Virus record (IMG/VR): IMGVR_UViG_3300005980_000015 | Location: 1-25,226 of that record | Origin: a virus | Lineage: Duplodnaviria; Caudoviricetes | DNA length: 25,226 bases | Strand: one strand, 5' to 3' | In this document: positions 1-7,973 of the stretch, piece after piece | Numbering within the stretch: the first letter of the stretch is position 1 | How the letters are laid out: each line of letters starts with the position of its first letter | Position numbers and translations under genes: made by a program | The notes under the pieces: model-generated | Database searches by the model: none | What the model was told of the DNA's origin: nothing | The model's input: only the letters and a program-made list of their open reading frames with translations

Positions 1-126
1 GACGAAGCGGGTTTTCGGGGCGGTCAGGCCTTCGGCGTTCAGCGCGGCGGCCAGGGCGGTGATGTCCCGGGCCGCCCGCGCGTCGTTCAGGTCTGCCCGG
101 GCCAGGATGCGGTCACGCAGGGTCAT
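1..126 (-). CDS. Phage hypothetical (virion region) protein, truncated by window edge
   Basis: ATG at 126-124, 2 nt after the stop of the upstream gene. Frame open to position 1 (MTLRDRILARADLNDARAARDITALAAALNAEG...). Confidence 0.65.
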   Translation of the reverse strand, partial: MTLRDRILARADLNDARAARDITALAAALNAEGLTAPKTRFV

Positions 127-128
127 GA

Positions 129-599
129 TCAGTTGTCGATCTGGTAGGTCAGCGAGCCAGCGGCGAACGAGGGCGCGGCGTCGCCGTTATTGATCGTTTT
201 CGCCACCGTCAGGGCTGCGCGGATCAGCTCATTGCCGCCGGTGGCCGCGTCGAAGATGCCGAATTCCACCACCGAGCCCCAGTTCGCCGTCGGCGCCGGG
301 AAAGTGATGGTGTTGTTGTTCGAGGTGGTGCCCGAGCTGCCGGACGAGGCGGTGGTGGTGCCGGCGCCCTGCGTTCCCGCCCAGTTGGCCAGCGAGGAGC
401 TGACCGCGACCCGGGCGTAAGAGCCGCCGGTCACTTCGGTGCCGACACTCGAATCGGAGCCGGCGGCGGTGATCAGGCCCACGTACAGGGTGGCCGGGCC
501 CGTGCCAGCGGCTGCGGTGCCGCCGGTGATGCCGAGGGCCTGGCCTCGGAAAAGGAAGTCGATCAGCTTATTTTCAAAGGTATCGGTATTGGCGGACAT
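129..599 (-). CDS. Phage structural protein (tail-fibre/baseplate-associated type)
   Basis: 156 aa, Gly/Thr/Ser/Ala-rich. Motifs LYVGL..A, EVTGGSYARVAV, ITFPAPTANWG.V..FGIFDAATGGN are typical of a widespread virion protein family. SD AAGGA upstream. Confidence 0.75.
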   Translation of the reverse strand: MSANTDTFENKLIDFLFRGQALGITGGTAAAGTGPATLYVGLITAAGSDSSVGTEVTGGSYARVAVSSSLANWAGTQGAGTTTASSGSSGTTSNNNTITFPAPTANWGSVVEFGIFDAATGGNELIRAALTVAKTINNGDAAPSFAAGSLTYQIDN

Positions 600-628
600 G
601 TTTTTTCCTTATTGGGCAGATGCCCGTT

Positions 629-1012
629 TCAAACGATCAAATCGACGCTGTTGCCGGAGCCGGCCAGGCCAGGGCCAGGCGGAATGCCGATGAAGGCGCA
701 CAGCTGCCGGCGCACCTGGTCGAACAGCGCAGTGCGGTCGGCGACCTCGCGCTTGTTGTGGATCCAGACCGCGGCGGCATCGGTGTCGAGGTTGGTGCCG
801 GCGCCGAAGATCGCGGTCTCCAGCGGGCCCAGGTTGGCCAGGTAGGTGCTGCGGATCACGTCTTCCTCGGCGGCCGTGTAATTGTTGATGCGGTATTCGA
901 GCGTGCCGTAGTGGGTCATGAAGCGATACCCGAAGGCCTGCGTCGCGGTGGCGCCGAACGCCTGGAAGCCGCAGAAGCGGCGGATGTCGACCTTTTCGGC
1001 GTCCGTGAACAT
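629..1012 (-). CDS. Putative head-completion / head-tail adaptor protein
   Basis: 127 aa, mostly helical, two genes downstream of the major capsid. Function inferred from position. Confidence 0.55.
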   Translation of the reverse strand: MFTDAEKVDIRRFCGFQAFGATATQAFGYRFMTHYGTLEYRINNYTAAEEDVIRSTYLANLGPLETAIFGAGTNLDTDAAAVWIHNKREVADRTALFDQVRRQLCAFIGIPPGPGLAGSGNSVDLIV

Positions 1013-1014
1013 GC

Positions 1015-1200
1015 TTATTCCGCCAGGGGCGCGCCGCGCGCGATCAGCAGCTCGATGTGGGCGGGGTCGGTGACGACCTGGCCTGCGGACCAGCTCTGGA
1101 AGGTTTCGTCGTCATCGAAGAAGCCGTAGGGGCTGGCCAGGGTGACGGTGTCAGGTAGGGTGGCCTGCGTCGCGTCGGCGCTCTGTTTTTTCGTTGCCAT
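1015..1200 (-). CDS. Small phage protein downstream of capsid
   Basis: 61 aa, SD AAGGA upstream, tightly packed with the next gene. Confidence 0.7.
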   Translation of the reverse strand: MATKKQSADATQATLPDTVTLASPYGFFDDDETFQSWSAGQVVTDPAHIELLIARGAPLAE

Positions 1201-1215
1201 GGTGATCCTTGAAAA

Positions 1216-1249
1216 TGAGGGAAGAGAGCAGGGCCCGAAGGCCCCGCTT
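1216..1249 (-). terminator. Hairpin / probable terminator after major capsid gene
   Basis: Minus strand AGCGGGGCC-TTCG-GGCCCTGCT (cUUCGg tetraloop) followed by a pyrimidine run CTCTTCCCTCATTTTC. Confidence 0.6.
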
Positions 1250-1268
1250 GCTCACATCGCTGACTGGC

Positions 1269-2621
1269 TTAGCCGGCGTGCTCGATCACCACGCTGCGCT
1301 TGAGGTACTGGGCGCCCGCGGTCGGGATGATCGTCTGGTTGGCCGTGGCGTCGGTCGGGGCGACGAAGCCACCGATCCAGAACCACGACTGCGCGACGAT
1401 CTGTTGCAGGCGATCGAGCGGCGCGCGCACGATCTGCATGACGCCGTCGACTTCTTGCACTTCCGAGTTCATGCCACCCATTTCCTTGGCCTTCTGGGTC
1501 ATGCCGGCGAAGTCGCCTTCGACCAGCGAGCCAGGGGCGCACAGGATCGGACGGCGGACCTTCGGGGCCACGCCACCGCCGGCGGCCTGGACCAGCGCCT
1601 CGGTGGTGGGGATGAAGTTGGCGCCCATCAGCTGGAACACCTTGCCCTGCTTGGCTTCGGCGCTGCCGTACTGACCCTGGTACATCAGCTTGAAGTCCTG
1701 GTCGGCGAAGAGCTGGCGCATCGACACGTTGTCCAGGTACAGGTTGAACATCTCGTCCTGCATGCCGGTGTTGTTGCGCAGCGCGGCGATGGCGTCTTCG
1801 ATGGTGGCCAGGGTCAGCACGTCGCCAGCGACCAGGGCCGAGGTGGCCGTGGTGGCGCCGGCAGCGGAGCCGCCCACCCATTTGCCGTTCGGGCGGACCA
1901 GGACGGGGGCGTTCAGGTGGCTGACGCAGTTCAGCGCGGTGCCGTCGGCGACGGACACGTTGCTGGAGAAGGTCAGCGTGCCCGAGATGCCGGCAGGGGC
2001 GGTGGAGACGTTCGAGCCGTCGACGGTCACGCCGGTCAGGCTGTAGACGTTGCCACCCACCAGCACCGAAGCGGGGTTGCCGCCCGAGACCGCCACGAAT
2101 TTGCCGTTCACCAGCACGTTGCTGAAACCGCGGACGTCGTCCACGTTGATGGTGGCGGCCGGCGCGCCCAGGGTGGTGCGCACGCGGGTGTTGCCGCCCA
2201 GGTAGGCATTGAACAGGGCATTGCGGGCGATGCGGTCCAGCGACTGGCGGGCCTGCACGCCATTGGTCATGGCGTTTTTCAGGAACTGGTTGGCGATGCC
2301 CACTTGCGAGGTCACCAGGTTCAGGTCGATCGTGTCGGCGTACTGGTCGATGCCCAGGGTGTACTGCTCGATCGTGAACGGCGTCGGCGTAAGGCCGTTG
2401 TCCAGGTTGGTGTTGTTGGAAGCGACCAGCGGGGTGGTGACAGGCGCTTTCAGGCCCGTGCGGGTCTTGGTGACGGTCTCGCCGACGTTGATGGCGACCG
2501 GCTCGCGGTCAGCCACGGCGCGATAGCCGAGAGCTGAGGTGAGACCGTTTCGAAATTCGGTCTCCAGGAAACCCTGCTGAATCGCATTCTGCAGGGTCGA
2601 GGGCATGTTCTGAATTGTCAT
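1269..2621 (-). CDS. Major capsid protein
   Basis: 450 aa directly after the scaffold gene, SD GGAG. N-terminal GETVTKTR and C-terminal PLDRLQQIVAQSWFWIGGF segments fit HK97-fold capsids. Confidence 0.88.
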   Translation of the reverse strand: MTIQNMPSTLQNAIQQGFLETEFRNGLTSALGYRAVADREPVAINVGETVTKTRTGLKAPVTTPLVASNNTNLDNGLTPTPFTIEQYTLGIDQYADTIDLNLVTSQVGIANQFLKNAMTNGVQARQSLDRIARNALFNAYLGGNTRVRTTLGAPAATINVDDVRGFSNVLVNGKFVAVSGGNPASVLVGGNVYSLTGVTVDGSNVSTAPAGISGTLTFSSNVSVADGTALNCVSHLNAPVLVRPNGKWVGGSAAGATTATSALVAGDVLTLATIEDAIAALRNNTGMQDEMFNLYLDNVSMRQLFADQDFKLMYQGQYGSAEAKQGKVFQLMGANFIPTTEALVQAAGGGVAPKVRRPILCAPGSLVEGDFAGMTQKAKEMGGMNSEVQEVDGVMQIVRAPLDRLQQIVAQSWFWIGGFVAPTDATANQTIIPTAGAQYLKRSVVIEHAG

Positions 2622-2699
2622 GTGGACTCCAAAAAGATGAAAAGGTGGTTTTCTTCATCGCCTTGGCGTCTGGCCACGATGCGAATGGTGAGGCGGGTA

Positions 2700-3266
2700 T
2701 TACTTCTTGATCAGCTCAGCCTTGGCTGCGGCGTATTCTTCCTTCGTCATGTCCTTGGCCAGCTTCAGAGCTGGAGGGTTGTTGGGCGGCGGCGGCGCGG
2801 TCTGCGTCGTCGTGCCCGTGGCCCCGAACATGTACGGCTTCGCTGTCTTCATGGACTCCATCAGCGCATCAGCGCCTTCGACTTCGCCCTTGTCGTTCAG
2901 CTTCACGGTCGACAGGTCGGCCAGCTTCAAGCCGTCCATGTCGATCATGCCGGCCTTGACCGCGGCCGCTTTCAACTCCGCCCGGATGATGCGGTCGTTC
3001 GATGCCTGTTCGGCAGCGTCGATCTTGCCCTGGGCAGCGGCAGCGGTCGCTTCGGCGGCCGTCACCTTCTCCTGCAGTGCTGTCTTTTCCGTTTCGAGGG
3101 CGCTGGCGCGCAAGCGCAGGCCCTTGTTTTCGTTCCGCAGCTCGCTGACATACTCGCGGGAGAACGTCTGCGGATCACCACCTGGTGGGGTGCCGCCGGC
3201 GCCGCCGCCCGATCCGGGATCGTCGGCAGGCTTCATGAAACGGAAAGATTTGAACGGTTTGGCCAT
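2700..3266 (-). CDS. Capsid scaffolding protein
   Basis: 188 aa: Gly/Pro N-terminus, coiled coil (YVSELRNENKGLRLRA...), KPYMFG motif, C-terminal MTKEEYAAAK helix. Between portal and capsid, SD AGGAGG. Confidence 0.85.
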   Translation of the reverse strand: MAKPFKSFRFMKPADDPGSGGGAGGTPPGGDPQTFSREYVSELRNENKGLRLRASALETEKTALQEKVTAAEATAAAAQGKIDAAEQASNDRIIRAELKAAAVKAGMIDMDGLKLADLSTVKLNDKGEVEGADALMESMKTAKPYMFGATGTTTQTAPPPPNNPPALKLAKDMTKEEYAAAKAELIKK

Positions 3267-3333
3267 CAGGCCCTCCTAAAATGAAATGCCGCCATCGGGC
3301 GGCGGTGCTGCGGGTTGCCGGATCGCCGGCGGA

Positions 3334-4806
3334 TTACTGCGTGACGCTGACCTTGCTGGTGGCCTGGGTGGTCCGGGCCAGCAAGTCCAATTCCTTTTCG
3401 CGGTCGCCATCGATCAAGGCGATCTCGGCCGCGCTGTCCTCGATGTCGTATTCGGACGCGATGACCTTCACGGCGCTCTCCTGGCTCATCAGGCCGCCGT
3501 TTTTCAGTGTGGTGAGGGTCGTCGCTTCGTTCTGGCGGTCGGTGGCCGTGGCCGCGTACCAGGCCGGCCAGCGCAGTGCCAACTTGTCGGTGGTGGCCAG
3601 CGCACCCACCTTGGTGCCGTCCTTGAGCTGGAGCTTCATCTTGTCGGAGGCCTCCACGACCATGTTCAGCAATTCCAGCAGCGCGCCCTCGCCGTAGCTG
3701 ATGCGCAGCTTGTCGGCCAGCCAGACCAGTGCCTGGTTCATCAGCTCCATGGCCCGGCCCGACTGGGCGGCGCTGATCTTGTCGGCGTTGGCGCGGTTGC
3801 CGTGAGCAGATTCCAGGGCCAGCTCTCGGATCATGCGCACGTATTCGATCAGGGCCTGCGTCGCTGTGCCACTGATCTCCAGCATCTTGGCATCGCCATC
3901 TGGGCCAACCACGATCGCATTGCCGGCGCCGCGCACCATCTTGCCGTCACTCCCCGTGACCGGCTCCTTGATCAACAGGGTCGGATCGGACTGATACTTG
4001 AGCGCCCGGCCGCCCTGGGACAGCAGGTAGTCGATTTCGATGTTGGCGTCGATCGCCTCGGGCGGGTAGGTGCAGGCGCCATCCACCTTGTCGCCGCCGG
4101 GCAGGTTGCGCACCCAGACGACGGGCACGAATTCGAGTGTGTGCTTCACGGTCTTGCTGCTGTCGACCATCATGCCGGCCGCACCGTCGGCCACCAGCTT
4201 GGGCACGAACCAGGTCTCGGCCAGCTTGTCCCACTCGCGCTTGAACCAGTAATCCGCGCCCAGCTTGTCCTCGGGGATCGAATACCCGACGTCCGCCAGC
4301 ACCCGGCCCTTGACCTTGTACTGCTCGGTGACCTTGAGCAGCGTGTCGGGAGCATCGGGGTCCCAGGTGGGCGTGAGGTATTCGGTCTGCATCACCTCGA
4401 AGAACACCCGGTTTTTGATCACGCGGAACATGATGGCCACGCTTCCGACCGAGCCGCGCGTGGCGGCGTCGATCATGACCAGGTTGAGCATCGATTCCTT
4501 GATCAGGGCGGCCAGCATCTCCTTGGTCGGCTTGTGCTTGCAGTCGACTTCGGGGAAGTGGCCTTCCGAGAACAGCATGGAGACCGAGTCCTCCACGACC
4601 AGACGGCACAGTGCATGGCGCACCGACGGGCGGCGCTGGCGCAGCGGCACGTATTCGTCGCCGTCGTTTTTCTCGGCGTGGAAGGGATGCTGCAATTCGT
4701 CGTACAGGGTGCCATCGATCACGCGGCGCAGCGCGGCCAGGCGGAATGCGCGCTCTGGCAGGTCTTTGTCCTTCGGGTAGCCGGCTTGTAGGGTCTTGAA
4801 GGGCAT
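3334..4806 (-). CDS. Portal protein (SPP1 gp6-like)
   Basis: Likely start MPFKTLQ at 4806, overlapping the terL stop (TGATG), giving 490 aa. Motifs FVPVVWVRN, SAAQSGRAMEL, LMSQESAV. Directly follows terL. Confidence 0.88.
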   Translation of the reverse strand: MPFKTLQAGYPKDKDLPERAFRLAALRRVIDGTLYDELQHPFHAEKNDGDEYVPLRQRRPSVRHALCRLVVEDSVSMLFSEGHFPEVDCKHKPTKEMLAALIKESMLNLVMIDAATRGSVGSVAIMFRVIKNRVFFEVMQTEYLTPTWDPDAPDTLLKVTEQYKVKGRVLADVGYSIPEDKLGADYWFKREWDKLAETWFVPKLVADGAAGMMVDSSKTVKHTLEFVPVVWVRNLPGGDKVDGACTYPPEAIDANIEIDYLLSQGGRALKYQSDPTLLIKEPVTGSDGKMVRGAGNAIVVGPDGDAKMLEISGTATQALIEYVRMIRELALESAHGNRANADKISAAQSGRAMELMNQALVWLADKLRISYGEGALLELLNMVVEASDKMKLQLKDGTKVGALATTDKLALRWPAWYAATATDRQNEATTLTTLKNGGLMSQESAVKVIASEYDIEDSAAEIALIDGDREKELDLLARTTQATSKVSVTQ

Positions 4807-6158
4807 CAACGGCTCATGTGTGTGGTCTGCTCGCGGCGGGCGGGCAGGTATGCGAATTTCGTGTAGATGTAGTAGCCGGTGGCGTCGGGGAGGTGATCCA
4901 TCCCCAATTCCTTGTCTGGCTGGTTCGTGCTGTTCTTGTTCTTGTCTTCCTTGTAGCAAAGCTGCTCGTAGCACTTGATCGACGCGGTGCAGCTGGCGTC
5001 GATGAAGAGTGTCCGCTTGCCGGTGGCGTCCTGAATCTTCGCGTTCACCAAGTTGATCCGGTCGCGCACCAGCGGGTGCGATTTCATGGCGATCACCTTG
5101 AAACCGTGCGCGCGCAGGATGCTGATGTCGGTTTTGCCCTGAGCGCTGGTTCTGCGCTGCGCACCGGCCGGATCCGGATAAATCGTGATGTGATCGACGC
5201 TGGGCTTCATCGGGTCAAACCCGGGCTTGCCGTACCGCGTCTTGATCTCGTCAGCCATCTCGTCCGTGTTGCTGGTCATGATGGTGATCTCGCCCACCTG
5301 CCAGATTTCGCCGTTCGGGCGCTCCTGGAAAACCGTCGCGCTCATCGGGTTGATATTGAAGTCCATGCCGATGTGCAGCGGCAGTGTGGCGTCGAGCGGG
5401 CAGGCCTTGACGCTTTCGCGTCGGTCGAATCCGTAGTGCACGCGGCCGGAGTAGTTTTCGAAGCTGCCCAGGTACTCCTGGCGGAACGTGCGCGGGTCAA
5501 GTTTGCGCATCGCTGCGTCGATCTCGCCTTGGGGCACGTTGCCGCCGTCGACCGTGGTGTAGAGCCAGCTGCGGTGATCGGGCTCGCCGCCGGCCTGGCC
5601 GTCGCAGTACGTGTCGTAGCAGTGATTGAAGCCCTTGGGTGTGCCGATCCGCAGCGCGTGGCCGCCCACGTACTGCACGCCGTTGATCGTGTACTTGCAG
5701 GTCGAGAGCATCGGACGCAGCACCTCGTCCCAAGCTGCGTATGGGCAGTCCGCCCACTCGTCGACGAGCACGAAGAACAGGCCGGAGCCGCGCAGGTTGT
5801 CGTAGCTGTCCAGGCCGACGATGCGGACGATGTGGCCGGTTTTGAGTGTGATGTAGCACTCTGAGGCGTTCGGCTTGCCTTCGATCCAAGACTGCGGGAT
5901 GGCTCGCTTGAGGCGGCGCCAGAACACCCGCTTGGCCTGCTTGAAAGTCGGCGCTGCGTACCAAATTTCATCGTCCGGCGAGACGCCCCAGCGGGCGGCC
6001 AGCTTGACAGCGCGCCGCATTTCTTTGGCGCCCAGGAAGGTCTTGCCAAACCGTCGGCCGCACACCGCGTCCCGGAACCGCGCATTCTGCTGCCAGCCCC
6101 AAGCGTAGATGTTGGCCTGCTTCGGGGTCAGGGAAATCTGGTCAGAGGATCGGAGCAT
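4806..6158 (-). CDS. terL: Terminase large subunit
   Basis: Walker A CGRRFGKT, Walker B FVLVDE, coupling motif IGTPKG, nuclease motifs IGMDFN and DHLPDATGY. Probable start MLRSSDQ at 6158. Confidence 0.95.
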   Translation of the reverse strand: MLRSSDQISLTPKQANIYAWGWQQNARFRDAVCGRRFGKTFLGAKEMRRAVKLAARWGVSPDDEIWYAAPTFKQAKRVFWRRLKRAIPQSWIEGKPNASECYITLKTGHIVRIVGLDSYDNLRGSGLFFVLVDEWADCPYAAWDEVLRPMLSTCKYTINGVQYVGGHALRIGTPKGFNHCYDTYCDGQAGGEPDHRSWLYTTVDGGNVPQGEIDAAMRKLDPRTFRQEYLGSFENYSGRVHYGFDRRESVKACPLDATLPLHIGMDFNINPMSATVFQERPNGEIWQVGEITIMTSNTDEMADEIKTRYGKPGFDPMKPSVDHITIYPDPAGAQRRTSAQGKTDISILRAHGFKVIAMKSHPLVRDRINLVNAKIQDATGKRTLFIDASCTASIKCYEQLCYKEDKNKNSTNQPDKELGMDHLPDATGYYIYTKFAYLPARREQTTHMSR

Positions 6159-6678
6159 CAGGAATCGGTTCGTCTGGTGCGATGAATGTGTCCTCGCGGT
6201 CAATGCTGTGGTCGTCGCCCTTCGGTGTGCCGAAGACGATCAGCGCGGCCCGTGTCTTCTCCAGGGATTCGATCCTGGCCAGCAGCCGGTCGATGATCAT
6301 GGAGTAATCCCGCGCCCGCATAACCTTCTCGCTGTGGGCGCTCACGTTCTCCGCTCCCTGGCGCGAAATCGACTCGTGCACGTCCAGACCGCCATTCGAT
6401 TCCGCTTTTTGCTGGGCGATCAGCGCGCGGCGCAGCTGGAGGCGGACGACCAGCAGCTCGCTTTCGACCTTACCCGATTCGGACATGATCTGGTCCGCCA
6501 CCAGGGCTTCGTCGGGGCTGATCAGGTCACCGTAGATCCCGTGCTTCAGCGCGTTCTGGCTTCCCTTGGGCGCCCCGGTGCTTTTTCCTCCGTGCATCCG
6601 GCATCTGCCGTTTGCCATCTGCTTCGACTGGCACGGCTCGCCGGAGCGTGTTTTCGCGCCACATTTGGCATCTGCCAT
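6142..6678 (-). CDS. terS: Terminase small subunit (HGGxSTG domain)
   Basis: CGAKTRSGEPC...CRMHGGKSTGAPKGSQNALKHG motif, immediately upstream of and overlapping terL. SD GAGGA. Confidence 0.85.
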   Translation of the reverse strand: MADAKCGAKTRSGEPCQSKQMANGRCRMHGGKSTGAPKGSQNALKHGIYGDLISPDEALVADQIMSESGKVESELLVVRLQLRRALIAQQKAESNGGLDVHESISRQGAENVSAHSEKVMRARDYSMIIDRLLARIESLEKTRAALIVFGTPKGDDHSIDREDTFIAPDEPIPDAPIL

Positions 6679-6825
6679 GTGGTCCTCGTCGTTTTATTGC
6701 ATGGGGTGAATTCGATTTTCCTCGGCCCGCGCCGACCAAACCCGCAAGGGAAAGCGTCAAAAATCGGCTTTTGTTCGTCCTCGGATGCGCCCGTTACACG
6801 CCACTGGGAGCGCTCTGGCGCAGGA

Positions 6826-6853
6826 ATAAAAAGGCCCCCACCCGGGGAGGGCG
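6826..6853 (-). terminator. Intrinsic terminator upstream of terS
   Basis: Minus strand GCCCTC-CCCGGGT-GGGGGC followed by CTTTTTATT. Confidence 0.6.
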
Positions 6854-6893
6854 CAGGCTAAATCCACCGCTGTTACGCAATGGAGGAGACTCA
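6826..6893 (-). ncRNA. Putative anti-SD double-hairpin sRNA (Betaproteobacteria toxic-sRNA-like)
   Basis: Minus strand CTGAGTCTCCTCCATTGC-GTAACA-GCGGTGGATTTAG (stem TCCATTGC/GCGGTGGA, anti-SD CTCCTCC), then a GC hairpin and TTTTTATT. Family resemblance is from recall. Confidence 0.6.
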
Positions 6894-6985
6894 GTTCGGT
6901 GTTGTGCCGGTGACAGCGTCCGGCGTCGTTTGCCTGGGGCAGCGCGCTCAGAAAGCGCTGACTGGTGGGTGCGTCGTGCCGTTAA

Positions 6986-7225
6986 TCAGGCTGCCGGTAC
7001 CAAGCTGGCCAGGCAGGGAATGCCCAGGGCGCCCTTGATATCGCGCAAGGGCCAGCCGGTGGGGTCGTGGATTTTGAGAAGCAGCTGCGGCCCCATGTCA
7101 CGCTTGCTATGACGCAGGCGCGAGACGTTGGGTGGATCGGTTTCGAGAGCGGCAGCGAGAGCACCGTCGTTTTTCAGCCTCAGTTCAACTCGAAGGGCGT
7201 CAAGCAGCTTTGCGGTTTTGCTCAT
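6986..7225 (-). CDS. Small HTH DNA-binding protein
   Basis: Start MSKTAKLL at 7225 (or 7231). LKNDGALAAALETDPPNVSRLRH is an XRE/Cro-like HTH. Resembles the small LKNDAAL...APPVISKIRH family of Oxalobacteraceae (recall). Confidence 0.7.
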   Translation of the reverse strand: MSKTAKLLDALRVELRLKNDGALAAALETDPPNVSRLRHSKRDMGPQLLLKIHDPTGWPLRDIKGALGIPCLASLVPAA

Positions 7226-7236
7226 GATCATTCCCC

Positions 7237-7275
7237 AAAACGAAAAGCCCCACGTCATCGCTGACGCAGGGCTTT
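7237..7275 (-). terminator. tR'-like intrinsic terminator
   Basis: Minus strand AAAGCCCTGCGTCA-GCGA-TGACGTGGGGCTTT then TCGTTTT, about 80-120 nt downstream of the late promoter. Confidence 0.8.
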
Positions 7276-7362
7276 GAGAGATTTATCTTCCGGAGACGCC
7301 GCTGGCTCCCTATGGGAACCGGCCACGTCGTAGTGCTTGACGGAATTAAGTTGTAGATGCGT

Positions 7363-7391
7363 AATTTACGCTCGTGATTTCCGGCTGTCAA
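7363..7391 (-). promoter_or_regulatory. pR'-like late promoter
   Basis: TTGACA (7391-7386), 17 nt spacer, TAAATT (7368-7363), right after the Q-like gene. Lambda pR' has the same -10, TAAATT. Confidence 0.8.
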
Positions 7392-7413
7392 TGGACTATA
7401 GGCAATTTTCTGA

Positions 7414-7782
7414 TCACCGATTGCCGCCGTCCACGATGTCCTCGATCGCCTCCTGGGCCTCACGGAAGCGGGTGACGAACTCTGGCGTGGGAAATGACAG
7501 CTTGCGGGCCACGAAGCCAGGATGCTGCTGCTTGATGTAGCACCACCACAGCAGCAGGCGCTGGGCATCGGGCAGCTCGCGCATGCCGCGCTCGATCTTC
7601 ACCGCATCCTGGTCGTCGGTCTCGTCGCGGGCGTTGTGGCCGGACCAGACGTTACCCAGGGCGGCCTTGCGCATGCTCTCGCAGATGGCGCCCGTCATGC
7701 AGTCGGCGCCGCGGCTGGCGCGGGCTGTGCACCACCTTGCCCAATTTTCCAACCTGGCGCCGATGTCTTTCCGCTCTGTCAT
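7414..7782 (-). CDS. Q-like late antiterminator
   Basis: Start MTERKDIGARLENWARW (ATGA overlap), 122 aa. LENWARW N-terminus and sigma-4-like C-terminal HTH. Directly upstream of the promoter-terminator pair. Confidence 0.75.
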   Translation of the reverse strand: MTERKDIGARLENWARWCTARASRGADCMTGAICESMRKAALGNVWSGHNARDETDDQDAVKIERGMRELPDAQRLLLWWCYIKQQHPGFVARKLSFPTPEFVTRFREAQEAIEDIVDGGNR

Positions 7783-7973
7783 CCGAATTCCTTGCACCTG
7801 GTGCCGTGGTTGAGCCGCTGGCCCTTGGTGTTCTTGGCGGTGCACACCCACACCACCTTTCCGAAAGGTTCGGCGCGCACTTCGTGCCGGCAGCCCTTGC
7901 AGCTTTGATGTTCGCTGCCGATCAGGACCTGGAGTGGATCCCGAAAGGCACGCTTGGGAACTGCGTCGGTCAA
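7779..7973 (-). CDS. Small Cys-containing phage protein
   Basis: Probable TTG start at 7973 (TTGA overlap, GAGG SD), 64 aa, CKGC...C...C motif. Confidence 0.6.
   Translation of the reverse strand: MTDAVPKRAFRDPLQVLIGSEHQSCKGCRHEVRAEPFGKVVWVCTAKNTKGQRLNHGTRCKEFG

Noticed and set aside
3283-3303. Terminator between portal and scaffold (GCCGCC-CGAT-GGCGGC-ATTTCATTTT on minus strand)
   Set aside because: The hairpin is real but the U-tract is interrupted; it may equally be an mRNA stability element, so it was not called.
4807-4974. N-terminal extensions in the ORF track (portal to 4974; similarly 8804, 10789, 12099, 12739, 19505, 23044, 24006)
   Set aside because: They overlap neighbouring genes extensively; internal starts with an SD or stop-start coupling fit better.
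1209-5864. Long plus-strand ORFs (1209-2537, 3286-4791, 4818-5864)
   Set aside because: Antisense shadows of capsid, portal and terL, caused by high GC3 codon bias; no motifs.
6731-6768. CAAACCCGCAAGGG...GCGTCAAAA as a possible c-di-GMP-I riboswitch
   Set aside because: Only superficial similarity. It lacks GGCAAAC/GACGCAAA and a P3 stem, and it is on the strand opposite to the late genes.
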